Origin: Octopus sinensis
Lineage: Eukaryota
Assembly (NCBI RefSeq): GCF_006345805.1
Contig: NC_043006.1
Location: 59,272,001-59,336,000, forward strand
Direction: 5' to 3'
Length of the DNA: 64,000 nt
The translations under genes and the position numbers were made by a program. Shown in pieces: positions 26,374 to 38,364 of this stretch; the stretch's first letter is position 1; the number at the start of each line of letters is the position of its first letter. The notes beneath the pieces are model-generated. The model was given only the letters and a program-made list of their open reading frames with translations. It was not told the DNA's origin and did no database searches.

Positions 26374-27894
26374 AAGATATATTATGCCTCAATATAATAT
26401 CACAGTTGAAATTCAATAATCATATGCATATCCGATAAGGTTAGCCTGAGCTAAACAATTAAAGAATAATAACGTAGCCAGAGAGAAATTTCCAGAGGGC
26501 AGCCATTTTTTGAAAGAAATGATTCGGTAAAAAATGCTTAATGTAATAAGATGGTGAGAGAAAGACAGATGAGTATTTTCTAAGATATGCCTAAGCACAG
26601 TGGGGACAATAGAGCTTGCATGTCTGGGGAGAAAAAAATCCTGTCATATAGATATAGAGAATATAGAAAAATAAAATAGTGCATACGCAAGGTAATCCAT
26701 GCTTGGGAGAGAATTTCTACTAAAGATTATCATGGTATTTATAATGCTATCTAGATTAATTGCTCTGTGTGCGCGCGCGCAATGATAGCAAATTTTCAAG
26801 TGTATGTGACCAGTATTCACGTTTGGGTCCTAGTTGACTGTTGTATACGGCCAGCAAATGATGGAAGGTTTGTCTCTCTTACGCAATTTTCGGGAAGTTG
26901 CACATGTTTAGTCACTATGATAGATCCCCGACTATTGTCAAACCTAGAATTTTTCATATTTTAAATGTTCCAGTATTTCTCACTACTTTGTCCTTCCTGC
27001 ATTTTCCAATCACACAATATTGATTATTAACATTAACACAAAGTCACACATTTCAGAGAGAAGAGTATAGTCAATCATATCGAGTGATAATTATTCTATC
27101 AACTACCACGGAAGAATGAAAGGCAAAACTGGTCTCAGTGGTGTTTGAAATCAAAGAGTAAACGGCCATAAATAAATCTTTCAAGGCATTATTCCCTATA
27201 CTCTAGCAATTCAACCAATGCACTGTGGTTAGAATGAAATTTTGCAATGATGAAACCTAAATTACTTGCTTCATCCAACAATAACTTCCTGTGAAAGCAG
27301 CTAGACGCTGGATTATTGAGAAATTGCCATTTCTTTTGACAAAGAACAAGGCAAAAATTGTTTTTATAGATACACTCGATTGGCCCGTGTTTCGGTTTCT
27401 TATTGATTCATATTTGAACATTTCTTGGATGTTCGAAAAGCACAATCGACTCTAGCTTCGAATACGTTGAATTATAACACATATTGCCAAAATTTGAGAC
27501 ATTTAGTCTGATTCGTTATCGTTTTGAACAACTTTTATAGAAATTCTAACACTATAAAAATATGTGTAGCAAACTCTTGGAACTAACAACTATATTCTTG
27601 TACTGCTTCAACTTAGACTTCATAAATTTAATGTTCCTGATAAAGGTAACCGGTGCCTTACTATAATGGTAACACTATGGTAGAAACGTTAGAGCATTAG
27701 TTCGCATTGCAATACGGTTTTTAGTTGTACTGCTCTACTTTCTGAGTTCAAATCATACCAAGGTCATCTTTACCTTTCATCCTTCCAGCAAAATTATATA
27801 TATCAACCAAGTGCTAGGGTCAATGATATCAGCTAACCTCTTTGACCTCATAATTACCGGCAGTGAGCCTAAATGATAGTAATAATAATAATTA

Positions 27895-28360
27895 ATTCTT
27901 TTATTGGCCACAAGGTCTCACATACAGAACATTACAAGACATGCAACAACATAAAAGACAAAACAGGACGATACAATGGGTTTTACAACATGCAAACATT
28001 ATAAATAACGATTAAAAATTAAACAATTTAAAACTTCCAATAGGGGAGGCTCTTTAAGGACCACGTGGAAAACCCACAAAAGCCACTGGGGCCTGAACAA
28101 CAGAGCAAGAGCCCTTCTTTTGTTTACAGGTACACGCTCAGAATTGGTCCTTTCACACTGGCCATTCTTTCAAAATTCACCCACCTTTCAACAAACTTGT
28201 TACAAGGCAACACTTCCCTCTCCACCCTCAACTTCTTTTTCAAGTTTCACTTGAAAAAGTTGATGAGGGCTTGGCCAAAGAAGAAAGTGCCTGTCTTCAG
28301 CCCTTTCAAACGGATCCACCATACTACCTCTTTCGCTACAGCCACTAGACAAATAATAAC
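27895..28360 (-). mobile_element. Probable L1/Tx1-clade LINE 3' end (ORF2 C-terminus plus 3' UTR)
   Basis: LVAVAKEVVWWIRLKG...FFK*NLKKKLRVEREVL...FVERWV resembles the AKxxIWxxR pattern of Tx1 ORF2 ends; terminates CCTTGTGGCCAATAAAAGAA then (AAT)n. Confidence 0.65.
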
Positions 28361-28399
28361 AACAAAATAATAAAATAATAATAATAATAATAATAATAA

Positions 28400-28745
28400 T
28401 CCTTTCTACTATAGGCACAAGACCTGGAAGTTGAGGGGAGAGAGATAGTCGATCATATCGACCCAAATACTTGACTGGTACTCAATTTATCGATCCCGAA
28501 AAGATGAAAAAGATGAAAGGCAAAGTTGACCTCGGGAGAATTAATAATTTTGGGACAAGGCCAGCAATTTTGGGGTAGGGGTTAAGTCGATTACATCGAC
28601 TCCAGTGCTCAACTGGTACTTAATTTATCGACCCCGAAAGGATGAAAGGCAAAGTCGACTTCGGCGGAATATGAACTCAGAACTTAAAGACGAACGAAAT
28701 GCTGCAAAGCATTTTTCCCGGTGTGCTAACGATTCTGCCAGCTTA
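28400..28745 (-). mobile_element. SINE family X copies
   Basis: Reverse complement of family X body, twice. Confidence 0.8.
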
Positions 28746-29274
28746 ATAATAATAATAATAATTAAGGGCGGATGGGAGGGGATTTTTGAGAGTAGCGTCA
28801 GCAAGTTGGGGCTGCCATAGCTAAGATATCGACGTTTATAAACAATATTTCACAGTTTTAAGAAGCTATAGTATTCTCTCAGTAAACATCCCGTATTTAC
28901 GATGAAGGAATTTATCTATGGCAACTCACATCGTACTTAGAATTCAAAAATCTATAAATATCTCAAAGTTTTAGCAACCATAGAAAGTACTAGAAAAGGC
29001 TTACGCATTTTTGCGGGGAGCTATTAAATGACCAAGTAATCGTGTAGATGATTTCAGCTGCACTGAGGACCATTAGAACAGGAGAGCGAGAGAGAAGGGA
29101 GAAAGGAGACAAAGAGGAAAGAGGTAGGTAAGCTCGCCAAAATCCCAGCGTGGGGACAAATATGTGTAGAGAATTCTAGATTCCTATGGGAGGACATAGG
29201 ATAGCTAAGATATGGAAATTTATTAAATGTTTGAGAGTAGCGTCGGCAAGCTGGGACTACCATAGCTAAGATAC

Positions 29275-30239
29275 TTTTCTTCCTCTTTACCACTGTATAC
29301 TGTTCTTCCATTTTTCCTCCTCTACGGTTAAACCCTCTTCTTCTTGATGTTCCTTCTCTATCACATCCTCTTCGTGTTTCTGTGGACACTTAGCTTTCAT
29401 GTGTCCCCTTACTCCACATAGATAGCATACGGAATGTTTTCCACTACAATTCTCAACCTCGTCTCGTCTGGCAGTACCAATTCTTCTGCAATTTTGTGAA
29501 GGTCTGGTAAGCTTATATGAGCCGATACCTCCAGTCCATATCCCAACTAGTTCACCTCCGTAGTTCTTGTCATTTTCAATATTTGGGTATCCACTTCTGT
29601 GTTATAATGGATGGCTGCCACCAGCCACGCCTCATCAATTTCTGGGGGCACTCTACCAATCCTTACTTTGGCCGAACGTTTGCCCCAGTAAGTTGGTAGT
29701 AGTACCCACTCAGTTGATCTCAAGGGCACAGTGGAGTGTTTTTTCGCTTCTTCTTCACTCACGAAGCGTACCTCGACTGTGCCGTATTTCTTTCCTCTGG
29801 TGTAGTATGTCGTTAGCTCTTTAAATTCTTTTAAGCATTCTTCAACCATCTCCACTGCTGCTATTTTCACTTTTTTGTTGCAAGAGACAGCGTTCTATAT
29901 ATAATTGTTTTTTTCTCTGTTATTTCTATGACTTCTTCCTTTCTCGATAATTCGTTATTCTTCTTGAAATTAGTTTTGTTTAGTTGAATTTCTCTAACTT
30001 GCAGTATATCTGCTGTTAGACTCTTGCCAGTTACTGCAGCGTAACTGCCTGCTTGTACTGGTTTATCTTCCATGATATTAACAACTTCACCAATAAATGG
30101 GGAAGAAAAACACAAATCCAGGCAACAATAAATCCAACAGTTTAGTAATATAACAGTTTAACAATGTAACAATAACAAAACTCACATGGAGCGAACACAG
30201 GGAATCAAATGACTCGATGCAACACTAACGACAACACTA
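29275..30239 (-). mobile_element. Tx1-like ORF1 element copy A (RRM-like region plus CCHC), disrupted, 3' part missing
   Basis: RGKKYGTVEVRF...KVRIGRVPPEIDEAWLV and CYLCGVRGHMKAKC (CX2CX4HX4C, 29386-29427). Confidence 0.8.
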
Positions 30240-30246
30240 ACGTCCT

Positions 30247-31989
30247 ATTTCTTTAATTAGGCACAAGGCCTCCAAAGAGAAGGGACAACACAAAAACAGA
30301 CAAAATATGGGGTAAATAGAAGCACATATCGAATGATTTATGAATAAAATGAAAATGAGAATGAAATGGCTTTCCTACCCCGCAAAGCAAGTAGTTTTAT
30401 TTTACTATTTTTAAATAAAGTGGGTACTTATCAGCCTTGTATCTTGTTAGTTTTCCTTTTGTTTAAAAATCCTCACAATGTCACACCATATGTTTAATCA
30501 AATCGTCAAATATTACCACTCGTGGCAATTCATCGTAACGAAATCGCATTCCTATTAACACTTTCCTGTCGCTAAATATTTCCTGCAACCTTCTTGCTCT
30601 TTCTTCCTCAAACAGCACCGCTTTTTCATCTCGATTGTACTAGCTGTTAGCCACTTTAACCTTTATTACATGTTTCATTTTTGAAATTTCCTTCCCTATC
30701 TCTACACTCTTTTTGTAACGAACCATCATTCTTTCATATTTCCCCTTCAGGGGCTCTCTCTGCTGTACCTCGCCATTCTCTACCTCTGTTGCTGGTATTC
30801 CCGTCTCTGTTTGTCCTTCCTCCTCACTTCCATGTCTCTTCTTCCATTCTTCCTCCTCCTTACTTGTTGAAGGCAACGGTCTTTGTGTTCGTTCTTCACT
30901 TGGCTCCACATTCCTTCTTTTCTCGTTCTTGTTCTCCTCTGCCTTTCTTTTTTTCTTCGGGTTTTCGGTGGAGATTCCACATTACTCTTCTTTCTTTCTA
31001 CCACTGTATATTTTTACACAATTTCCTCCTCCTCTGCTGTTGCGCCCTTTTCTTCCTGACGCTCCTTCTTCGCCTCCTCCTATTCGTGTTTCTGGGGACA
31101 CTTTGCTTTCACGTGTCCTCTTACTCCACATAAATAACATACCGGAGGTCTCCCCATCACGACGATTCTGAATCTTGTCTCATCTGGTAGCACCAGCTCT
31201 TCCGTAATTTTGTGGAGGTCCGGCAGGCTGATATGGACCGACACCTCCAGTGCATGCCACCACTAGTTTACCTCCGTCGTTCTCGATATCTTCAACACCT
31301 GAGAGTCCTCCTCTGTATTATAGAGGATGGCTGCCACCAGCCACGCCTCATCAATTTCTGGGGGCACTCTACCTATTCTTACTCTGGCCCCACGTTTACC
31401 ACAGTATGTAGATAGAAGTGCCCACTCGGCTGATCTCAAAGGCACAGTTGGGTGTTTCCTTGCTTCTTCTTCGCTTACGAAGCGTACCTTCACTGTGTCG
31501 TATTTTCCCCCTCGTGTAAAATGTAATATCCTTTATCTCTCGTAGACATTCTTCTACCGCTTCCTCCTCTGCTACTTCAACTTTTTTCGTTGTCACATTC
31601 AACGTTCTATAAATAATAGTCCTTTTTTCAGTTTTTTCAAGTATTTCTTTAGGAGGTGTCAACCTCAGGCTGTTCCCCACTTTCTCCAGCAAACCGTTAT
31701 TTTATTTAAAATTCTTCTTTAATTCGATTTCATGGACCTGCAGTACCTCTACTGGCAGGCCTTTGACAGTCACTGGAGCGTAACTCCCCGCTACTTTTCT
31801 TTCCATGACGGTATTATTCATAACTTCCCCCATAAATGGGGAAGAGAAAATAAAAGCAAGTTAACAACAATTTCAACGATTCAATAAATTAACAATACAA
31901 TACAATAAAAACTCACATGGAGCGAACACACTTCTAACACAGCTCGGAATCAAATGATTCGAAAAACAATACCAACGACAACGCCGACG
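30247..31989 (-). mobile_element. Tx1-like ORF1-only element copy B, complete 5' to 3' tail, no RT
   Basis: ORF1 relic from ATG near 31806; CYLCGVRGHVKAKC at 31098-31139; E/K-rich tail; ends GGCCTTGTGCCTAATTAAAGAAAT; ACGTCCT direct repeat at 30240-30246 and 31990-31996. Confidence 0.82.
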
Positions 31990-32289
31990 ACGTCCTCTCA
32001 ACGATTAGCCGGAGATGATTTTTAAAATGAAAATATCTGAAATAAACTCAACTGCTCTCACAAACGAGAATACTAAAAATGAACTCGGCTGCTCTCAAAA
32101 AATAAGTGAAAAAAAAAAACAGGAAAAATAATCCAGAATCCTTGTCCGGTTCAGGATCGACCCCAAAATATAATCAGTTCATGCCACTCACGAGGCCAAA
32201 TATCCCTGAAAGTTTTATCCGAATCCATCCAGCAGATAAACAAACACGACAGCAAACAATACCTCCACCTTAGCGAAGGCGGAGGTAAT
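31990..32289 (-). mobile_element. Helentron/HINE-like non-autonomous element
   Basis: Reverse complement of 50999-51340; begins ATTACCTCCGCC; class assigned from recalled DINE-1/HINE-like motifs. Confidence 0.55.
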
Positions 32290-32292
32290 AAT

Positions 32293-32680
32293 GGATGGAA
32301 GCACTCCGTCGGTTACGACGATGAGGGTTCCGGTTGATCCGAATCAACGGAACAGCTTGCTCGTGAAATTAACGTGTAAGTGGCTGAGCACTCCACAGAC
32401 ACGTGTACCCTTAACGTAGTTCTCAAGGAGATTCAGCGTGAGACAGAGTGACAAGGCCGGCCCTTTGAAATACAGGTACAACAGAAACAGGAAGTAAGAG
32501 TGAGAGAAAGTTGTGGTGAAAGAGTACAGCAGAGAACACCACCATCCCCTGCCGGAGCCTCGTGGAGCTTTAGGTGTTTTCGCTCAATAAACGCTCACAA
32601 CGCCCGGTCTGGGAATCGAAACCACGATCCTACGACCGCGAGTCCGCTGCCCTAACCACTGGGCCATTGCGCCTCCGAAA
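32293..32680 (-). mobile_element. SINE family R copy
   Basis: Near-identical to 10329-10714; GTAATAAT on both flanks. Confidence 0.9.
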
Positions 32681-33284
32681 GTAATAATAATAAGCAAAGA
32701 TAAAGACAAATGGCTGAGAGAGATTAAAATAGAATGCCCGGTAGAACTCCTAAAGAAAGTTTATCTCCTAGGGACAGCAAAGATTATTAGGAGAGTTCTA
32801 AGCACTTGAAAGACTGCCAAAAATGTGTAGATAATAAGATTACAGATAGTAACCAGTTACACACATAAATCCTACCAGGTATAAGACCAAACCTAAGCCA
32901 AACCATAATAATAATAATAATCTTTTCCACTATAGGCAAAAGGTTTGAAATTTGAGGGTAGGGCTCAACTGGTACTTAATTTATCGACCCCGAGAGGATG
33001 AAAGGCAAAGTCGACCTCGTCGGAATTTGATCTCAGAACGTAAAGACGGACGAAATGCCGCTAAGCATTTTGTCCGGCGGGCTAACGATCCTGCCAGCTC
33101 ACCAATAAGGTCATGTGTTGTTCAACTTCATATGAGATCACCATGCCCAGCACATATGGTTGTGTCATGCACATGCCTAGTTTACGTTTATCAGACAGAT
33201 AGCCATGACGGGTATATTGGGCTCCGTATATTTCTACCTCAGTGTCACTTCTATGGTAGGCGCTGGTCTCTCACTCACTCACTC

Positions 33285-33498
<214 letters not shown>

Positions 33499-33827
33499 AA
33501 CGAGAGTGATGGATTGGCAAGATCGTAAGAGCGTCAGAAAATATGCGTTGCGATATTTTTTCCAACTCATTACCTTCAAAGTTTAAATTCCGCCGGGTCA
33601 ACTTTGCCTTTCATTATAAAAGCGTGATAAAATGAAGTGCCTATCAAGTAGAGGGGTAAATACAATCTGGTAAATTCGTCTATTCAAAACTACTGGCCGT
33701 GTGGTTAAATCAGAAATCATTGTTATTTTTCCCGCCTGGCAAGACGGAAAGATATGTTTATATGTGGACTATATTTCGTTTTTGGATTTGGTTTTCAAGA
33801 TTCTTTATGTGAGTTTGTGTGTTGAAG

Positions 33828-34066
33828 CAGATTCTGTTGTGTCTGGGGAGAGTCATTTTCTTTTTGTGCCTTATGATTTAACACATTCACCGGTAAAATT
33901 TCCACTTATTCTTTATTTTTATTTTCTTAAAATTTTCGTTGCGTCTTGCAACCTTTTCAAATTTTAGGAAAATAAAAATAAGAAATAAGTGGAAATTTTA
34001 CCGGTGAGTGTGTTAAATTATAAGGCACAAAAAGAAAATGACTCTCCCCAGACACAACAGAATCTG
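33828..34066. repeat. Foldback, about 108-bp arms and 23-nt loop, of a repeat also at 59105-59449
   Basis: Arms 33828-33935 and 33959-34066 are near-perfect reverse complements. Confidence 0.9.
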
Positions 34067-34547
34067 GATTATATTTTTCTGGACATATTTTAGAAATTTT
34101 TGGTATTATTTCTTTGTCGTACCTTGTGGAATTATTACAAAATGATTTCAGGTGAGAAGTTAGTTTTAAAATTTTTCCTGCTCTGTTCGAGCAAAAAAAA
34201 TATTAAAATTTGTTTCTGCATAATTTATGATGTTACTATGTTTCAGGAATGGTCTTTGTGTAGGGGGAGTGGGAGGAGCTGTTCATCACTGTCAATGTAG
34301 CACCAACATAAACAAATACACATCCAGCAAAAAATTGTGAATAAAATATTAGCATAATATTAAATAAAATTCCAAAAAAGGAAAATCGAAATTCAACAAC
34401 ACAAAACAAACTCGCATGGTGGAAAAAATAACTTACTAACAAATTAGTAAGTTAAACTGAAATAGTACTAATTTACACACGTACACACACGGAAGCCAAT
34501 CTTGTCAAGCATAAGAATTACAGACGAAGTTAAGAATATGTCGACCC

Positions 34548-34830
34548 AGTGGTTAGGGCAGCGGACTCGCAGTCGGAGGATCGCGGTTTCGATTCCCAGA
34601 CCGGGCGTTGTGTGTGTTTATTGAGCGAAAACACCTAAAAGCTCCACGAGACTCCGGCAGGGGGTGGGGTGGGGTGGGGTGGCGACCCCTGTTGTTCTCT
34701 TTCGCCACAACTTTCTCTCACTCTCTCTCTCTCTCTTCCTGTTTCTTGAATATTGCTGCGATGGACTGGCATCCTGTCCAGCTGGGGGAAACCGGGCTCA
34801 TGTGCCTGATTAGGCTTGAAAAGAGAGACG
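34548..34830 (+). mobile_element. SINE family R head with alternative tail
   Basis: Same tRNA head; tail CTGCGATGGACTGGCATCCTGTCCAG resembles the V-SINE central domain as recalled. Confidence 0.7.
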
Positions 34831-35852
34831 TTTTTAGTTGTTCAAGATACAGCCTAACAATGAAGCGTGGTAGCATTGTATCTCAAAAGATAGCTTCGTC
34901 TTGCCTGTGGAATTCGTCCAAGAATGAATTCGAAAACAAGTGACATAATTCTGCTTACGAAAAGCGAGATGAAGCTTTCCGTGTGCTCTCTAACTGAAGG
35001 AAGTTTTGACTGATGTATTGACCAGTGTGTTATCTACTGACCGAAAAAAGTCATGTGGAAGTTTCTATATTGTGGCCAAACCTAGGGCAGTTGAAGCAAC
35101 ACATAGAGATAATGCAAGACATAGGAAGATCACAACACCCTAAAATATAGGCCGGTGCAACTCAAGTGTCACAGCCAAGGACATTGGTTGTGACATTGAT
35201 CCTTGGCAAGCAATGCAATATTAGCTGGTTAGTGAGTTTAGAAGTGATAAGAATTATGTGGACAGAAGGGATCATTGTGAACTCCCTAGCCCATATATAT
35301 CCACCGTGGTTCCAGAATGCAAAGCGGTTCCAAGATGCTTAGCGGCGTTTCGTCTGTCTTTACGTTCTGAGATCAAATTCCGCCGAGGTCGACTTTGCCT
35401 TTAGATCCTTCCGAGGTTGATAAAATAAGTATCAGTTGAGCACTGTAATTGACTTAGCTCCTCAGCCGATATTGCTGGCCTTGTACCAAAATTTGAAACC
35501 AATATTAATATGACTCAAATGTAGCGAGCTAGCAGAATCCTTAGCACGCTGGAAAAAAAATATTGAACAGCGTTTCTTCTGGTTTTACATTCTGAGATCA
35601 AATTCTTCAGTGGTTGACTTTGTCTTTCATTCTACAGAGTCGATAAAATAAGAAGCAATAGAAAAGTGAAGATGAAGCAATCGACTAGACCCTCTTCCAA
35701 ATTTTGAAGCCTTATGCCTATAGCAGAAAGAAAAAAATATCAATCTAACTCTTCTGTACAATACATTTCTATTATTCCTTAATTCATTTTGACATAATTT
35801 ATGAATTTCATCAATTTCTATGTAATTTCTATGCTTGGTACTGGTCCATGGT

Positions 35853-36175
35853 GAGGGTGCGTGGCTTAGTGGTTAGGGCATTCGGCTCATGATCGTAAGG
35901 TTGTGAGTTCGATTTCTGGCGACGCGTTGTGTCCTTGAGCAAGACACTTTATTTCACGTTGCTCCGGTCCACTCAGCTGGCAAAAATGTGTAGTACCTGT
36001 ATTTCAAAAGGGCCAGCATTGTCACACTTTGTGTCACGCTGAATCTCCTTGCGAACTACGTTAAGGGTACACGTGTCTGTGGAGTGCTCAGCCACATACA
36101 CATTAATTTCACGAGCAAGCTGTTACGTTGATCGTATCAAAAGAGATCCTCGTCGTCATAACCGGTGGAGTGCCC
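35853..36175 (+). mobile_element. tRNA-derived SINE, different head on family R tail
   Basis: A-box TGGCTTAGTGG, B-box GAGTTCGATT; CTTGAGCAAGACACTT core; tail shared with 10329-10714. Confidence 0.82.
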
Positions 36176-36214
36176 CTAATGCCCAACTGGTCTCTGATTT
36201 CTATGACTATATTT

Positions 36215-36950
36215 AATTTCATAATTCAAATTCCGCAATGGTCGAATTTCCGCTCCATCTTTTCGGGTCGATGAAATAGGTACCAGTTGATCACTGGAGT
36301 CGATGTAATTGACATACCTCTTACTGCGAAATTGCTGACCTTTGAAACTCTTATTAGTATTGTTGTTGTTAAGCTGGCAGAAACGTTAGCACGCCGGGCT
36401 AAATGCTGAGCGGTATTTCGACTGCCGCTACGTTCTGAGTTCAAATTCCACCGAGGTCGACTTTGCCTTTCAACCTTTCGGGGTCGATTAAATAAATACC
36501 AGTTACGCACTGGCGTCGATACAATCGACTTAATCCGCTTGTCTGTCCTTGTTTGTCCTCTCTGTGTTTAGCCCCTTGTGGGTAGTAAAAAAATAGGTAT
36601 TTTGTCTGTCACTACATTACGTCCTGAGTTCAAATTATGCCGTGGTCGACATTGCCTTTCATCTTTTCGGGGTTGATAGATTAAGTAGCAGTTGATTACT
36701 GGGGTCGATGTAATCGACTATTCCCCTCCCACAAATGTTAGTCTTGTGCCTATAGTGGAAAGGATTTTTATTGTTGCTGTTGTTAGATCGTCGAGCTGGA
36801 AGAAGTTTTGGCGCATCGGACAAAATGCTTAGCGTTCTGAGTTCAGATACCACCAAAGTCAACGCTGCCTCACGGGCGGGCTGGTGTCGATAAAATAATA
36901 TATCAGTGCAGTGCTAGGATCGATACAATCAACTAATCCCTTTCCCTTAA
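36215..36950. mobile_element. Cluster of SINE family X copies, mixed orientation
   Basis: At least four family X bodies. Confidence 0.8.
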
Positions 36951-36952
36951 AA

Positions 36953-37351
36953 TATAGAGACTTAGTAATTTTAATATTTCTATTATTGAAAACAAGTGGA
37001 TGTATTCCACTGAAACTAGGTAAATAGAAACCTTCGAACAGAGACGTCAGTGGCGACACCTGCGGGTCTGACTGCGCTACATTGACAAGGGGCAATGCCC
37101 CGAAACGCGTCTGTAGCTGTCGGACTGGCAGTGTGAAGCGGCTGACCTCCCTTGTTCGAAGGTTATAATGGATACAGATCGTGTATCAATAGCTATCTTG
37201 ATGGCGGTGGCCTCATGGAGCTGACCAGCGGCAGCGATTATTCTTATATCTATAAGAATGCCATATTAATATGGCGATAACAATTAATTTCCAGTAAACG
37301 CTGCCGTAATCTCTTTTATAGAGACTTAGTAATTTTAATATTTCTATTATT
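36953..37351 (+). mobile_element. 364-nt terminally redundant unit with decayed hammerhead (retrozyme-like)
   Basis: 35-bp identical direct repeat at 36953-36987 and 37317-37351; GCUACA-UUGACAA-GGGGC(AAU)GCCCC-GAAA-CGCG-UC-UGUAGC at 37076-37117. Confidence 0.65.
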
Positions 37352-37964
37352 AGCTTTGTTCCAAAATTTTACACAATAGTTGTTATTTGTATAAGAAGCA
37401 TTATTTCTCCTTTCACGGGTTTTCTGCAACCACTTTCCCCTCTGTACTGATACCAGAGATGAGTAGTTACTTTCTGCTACTTGCAGAGGAGGTGCAAGTT
37501 CCTTATTTGAACATGAAACACATTACGTCAGAAAAACACTCTATTAAAAAAAAACTTTTATATGAGTGATATCAAGTTAATAGGATTCTGGTACTAATAA
37601 TTAAAGAAAGTCTGGTGTATATGTAAAATGAAAGTATAAGCATAAGAGTAGTTTTTTTTTAACGTGTAGGATATCCGTGGTGTAACTGTCTTTGTGAAAA
37701 TTGTAAATGTTGAAATAAAGGTAAAACAATGTAAGTATAAACACCTAGTAAATATTGATTTATAAGTGCTTTTATATAATTTAAATTAAGTGGAAAACTT
37801 AAACATATGGAATGCATCATATTGATTTATAGGTACTTTAGAATTTATTTTGAATTGTGGGGCTCTTTTTATTGTGTGTGGAGTGCTCGTCAGTACAATG
37901 TATTTGAATTTCTTGGAGTGATGTTTTACCTTCGATGTCGATAAGGTGCTTCTTACTTTTTTAG

Positions 37965-38039
37965 TATTATACCTAAAGGTCTCTGTGATGCTCGGGATTG
38001 GTTTCGTTTAAAAGTGCCACGTTGTGTCAAGAAAATTAG
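37965..38039 (+). CDS. Candidate 75-nt internal coding exon of an unidentified gene
   Basis: Acceptor CTTCTTACTTTTTTAG, donor AG|GTAAGT, length divisible by 3, single open frame IIPKGLCDARDWFRLKVPRCVKKI. Confidence 0.4.
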
Positions 38040-38364
38040 GTAAGTACAAGAATCCGAAAATATAAATCCTTATATTTACTTATTTTTTTGCTATTCGTTC
38101 CTGGATATTTTTTTATCCGACGGTATACTCAAACTAATTTTCAAGGCTTACTTCTATAGTTCTTGATAATATCAAATGTATTTGCTTGAATTTTTCGATC
38201 TATTTTAACTCGAAAATTCCAGAGTACTGTTATGTTTTCATTTTCATTTACAATTTGTTGGTATGACTATTATAATATCATGATATCATAATTGCACATT
38301 TTCCGGTGTAAGTACTGGCCTTCTGGGGATTCCTATATTTATTTGGTATCAGTATCTTTGCAAT

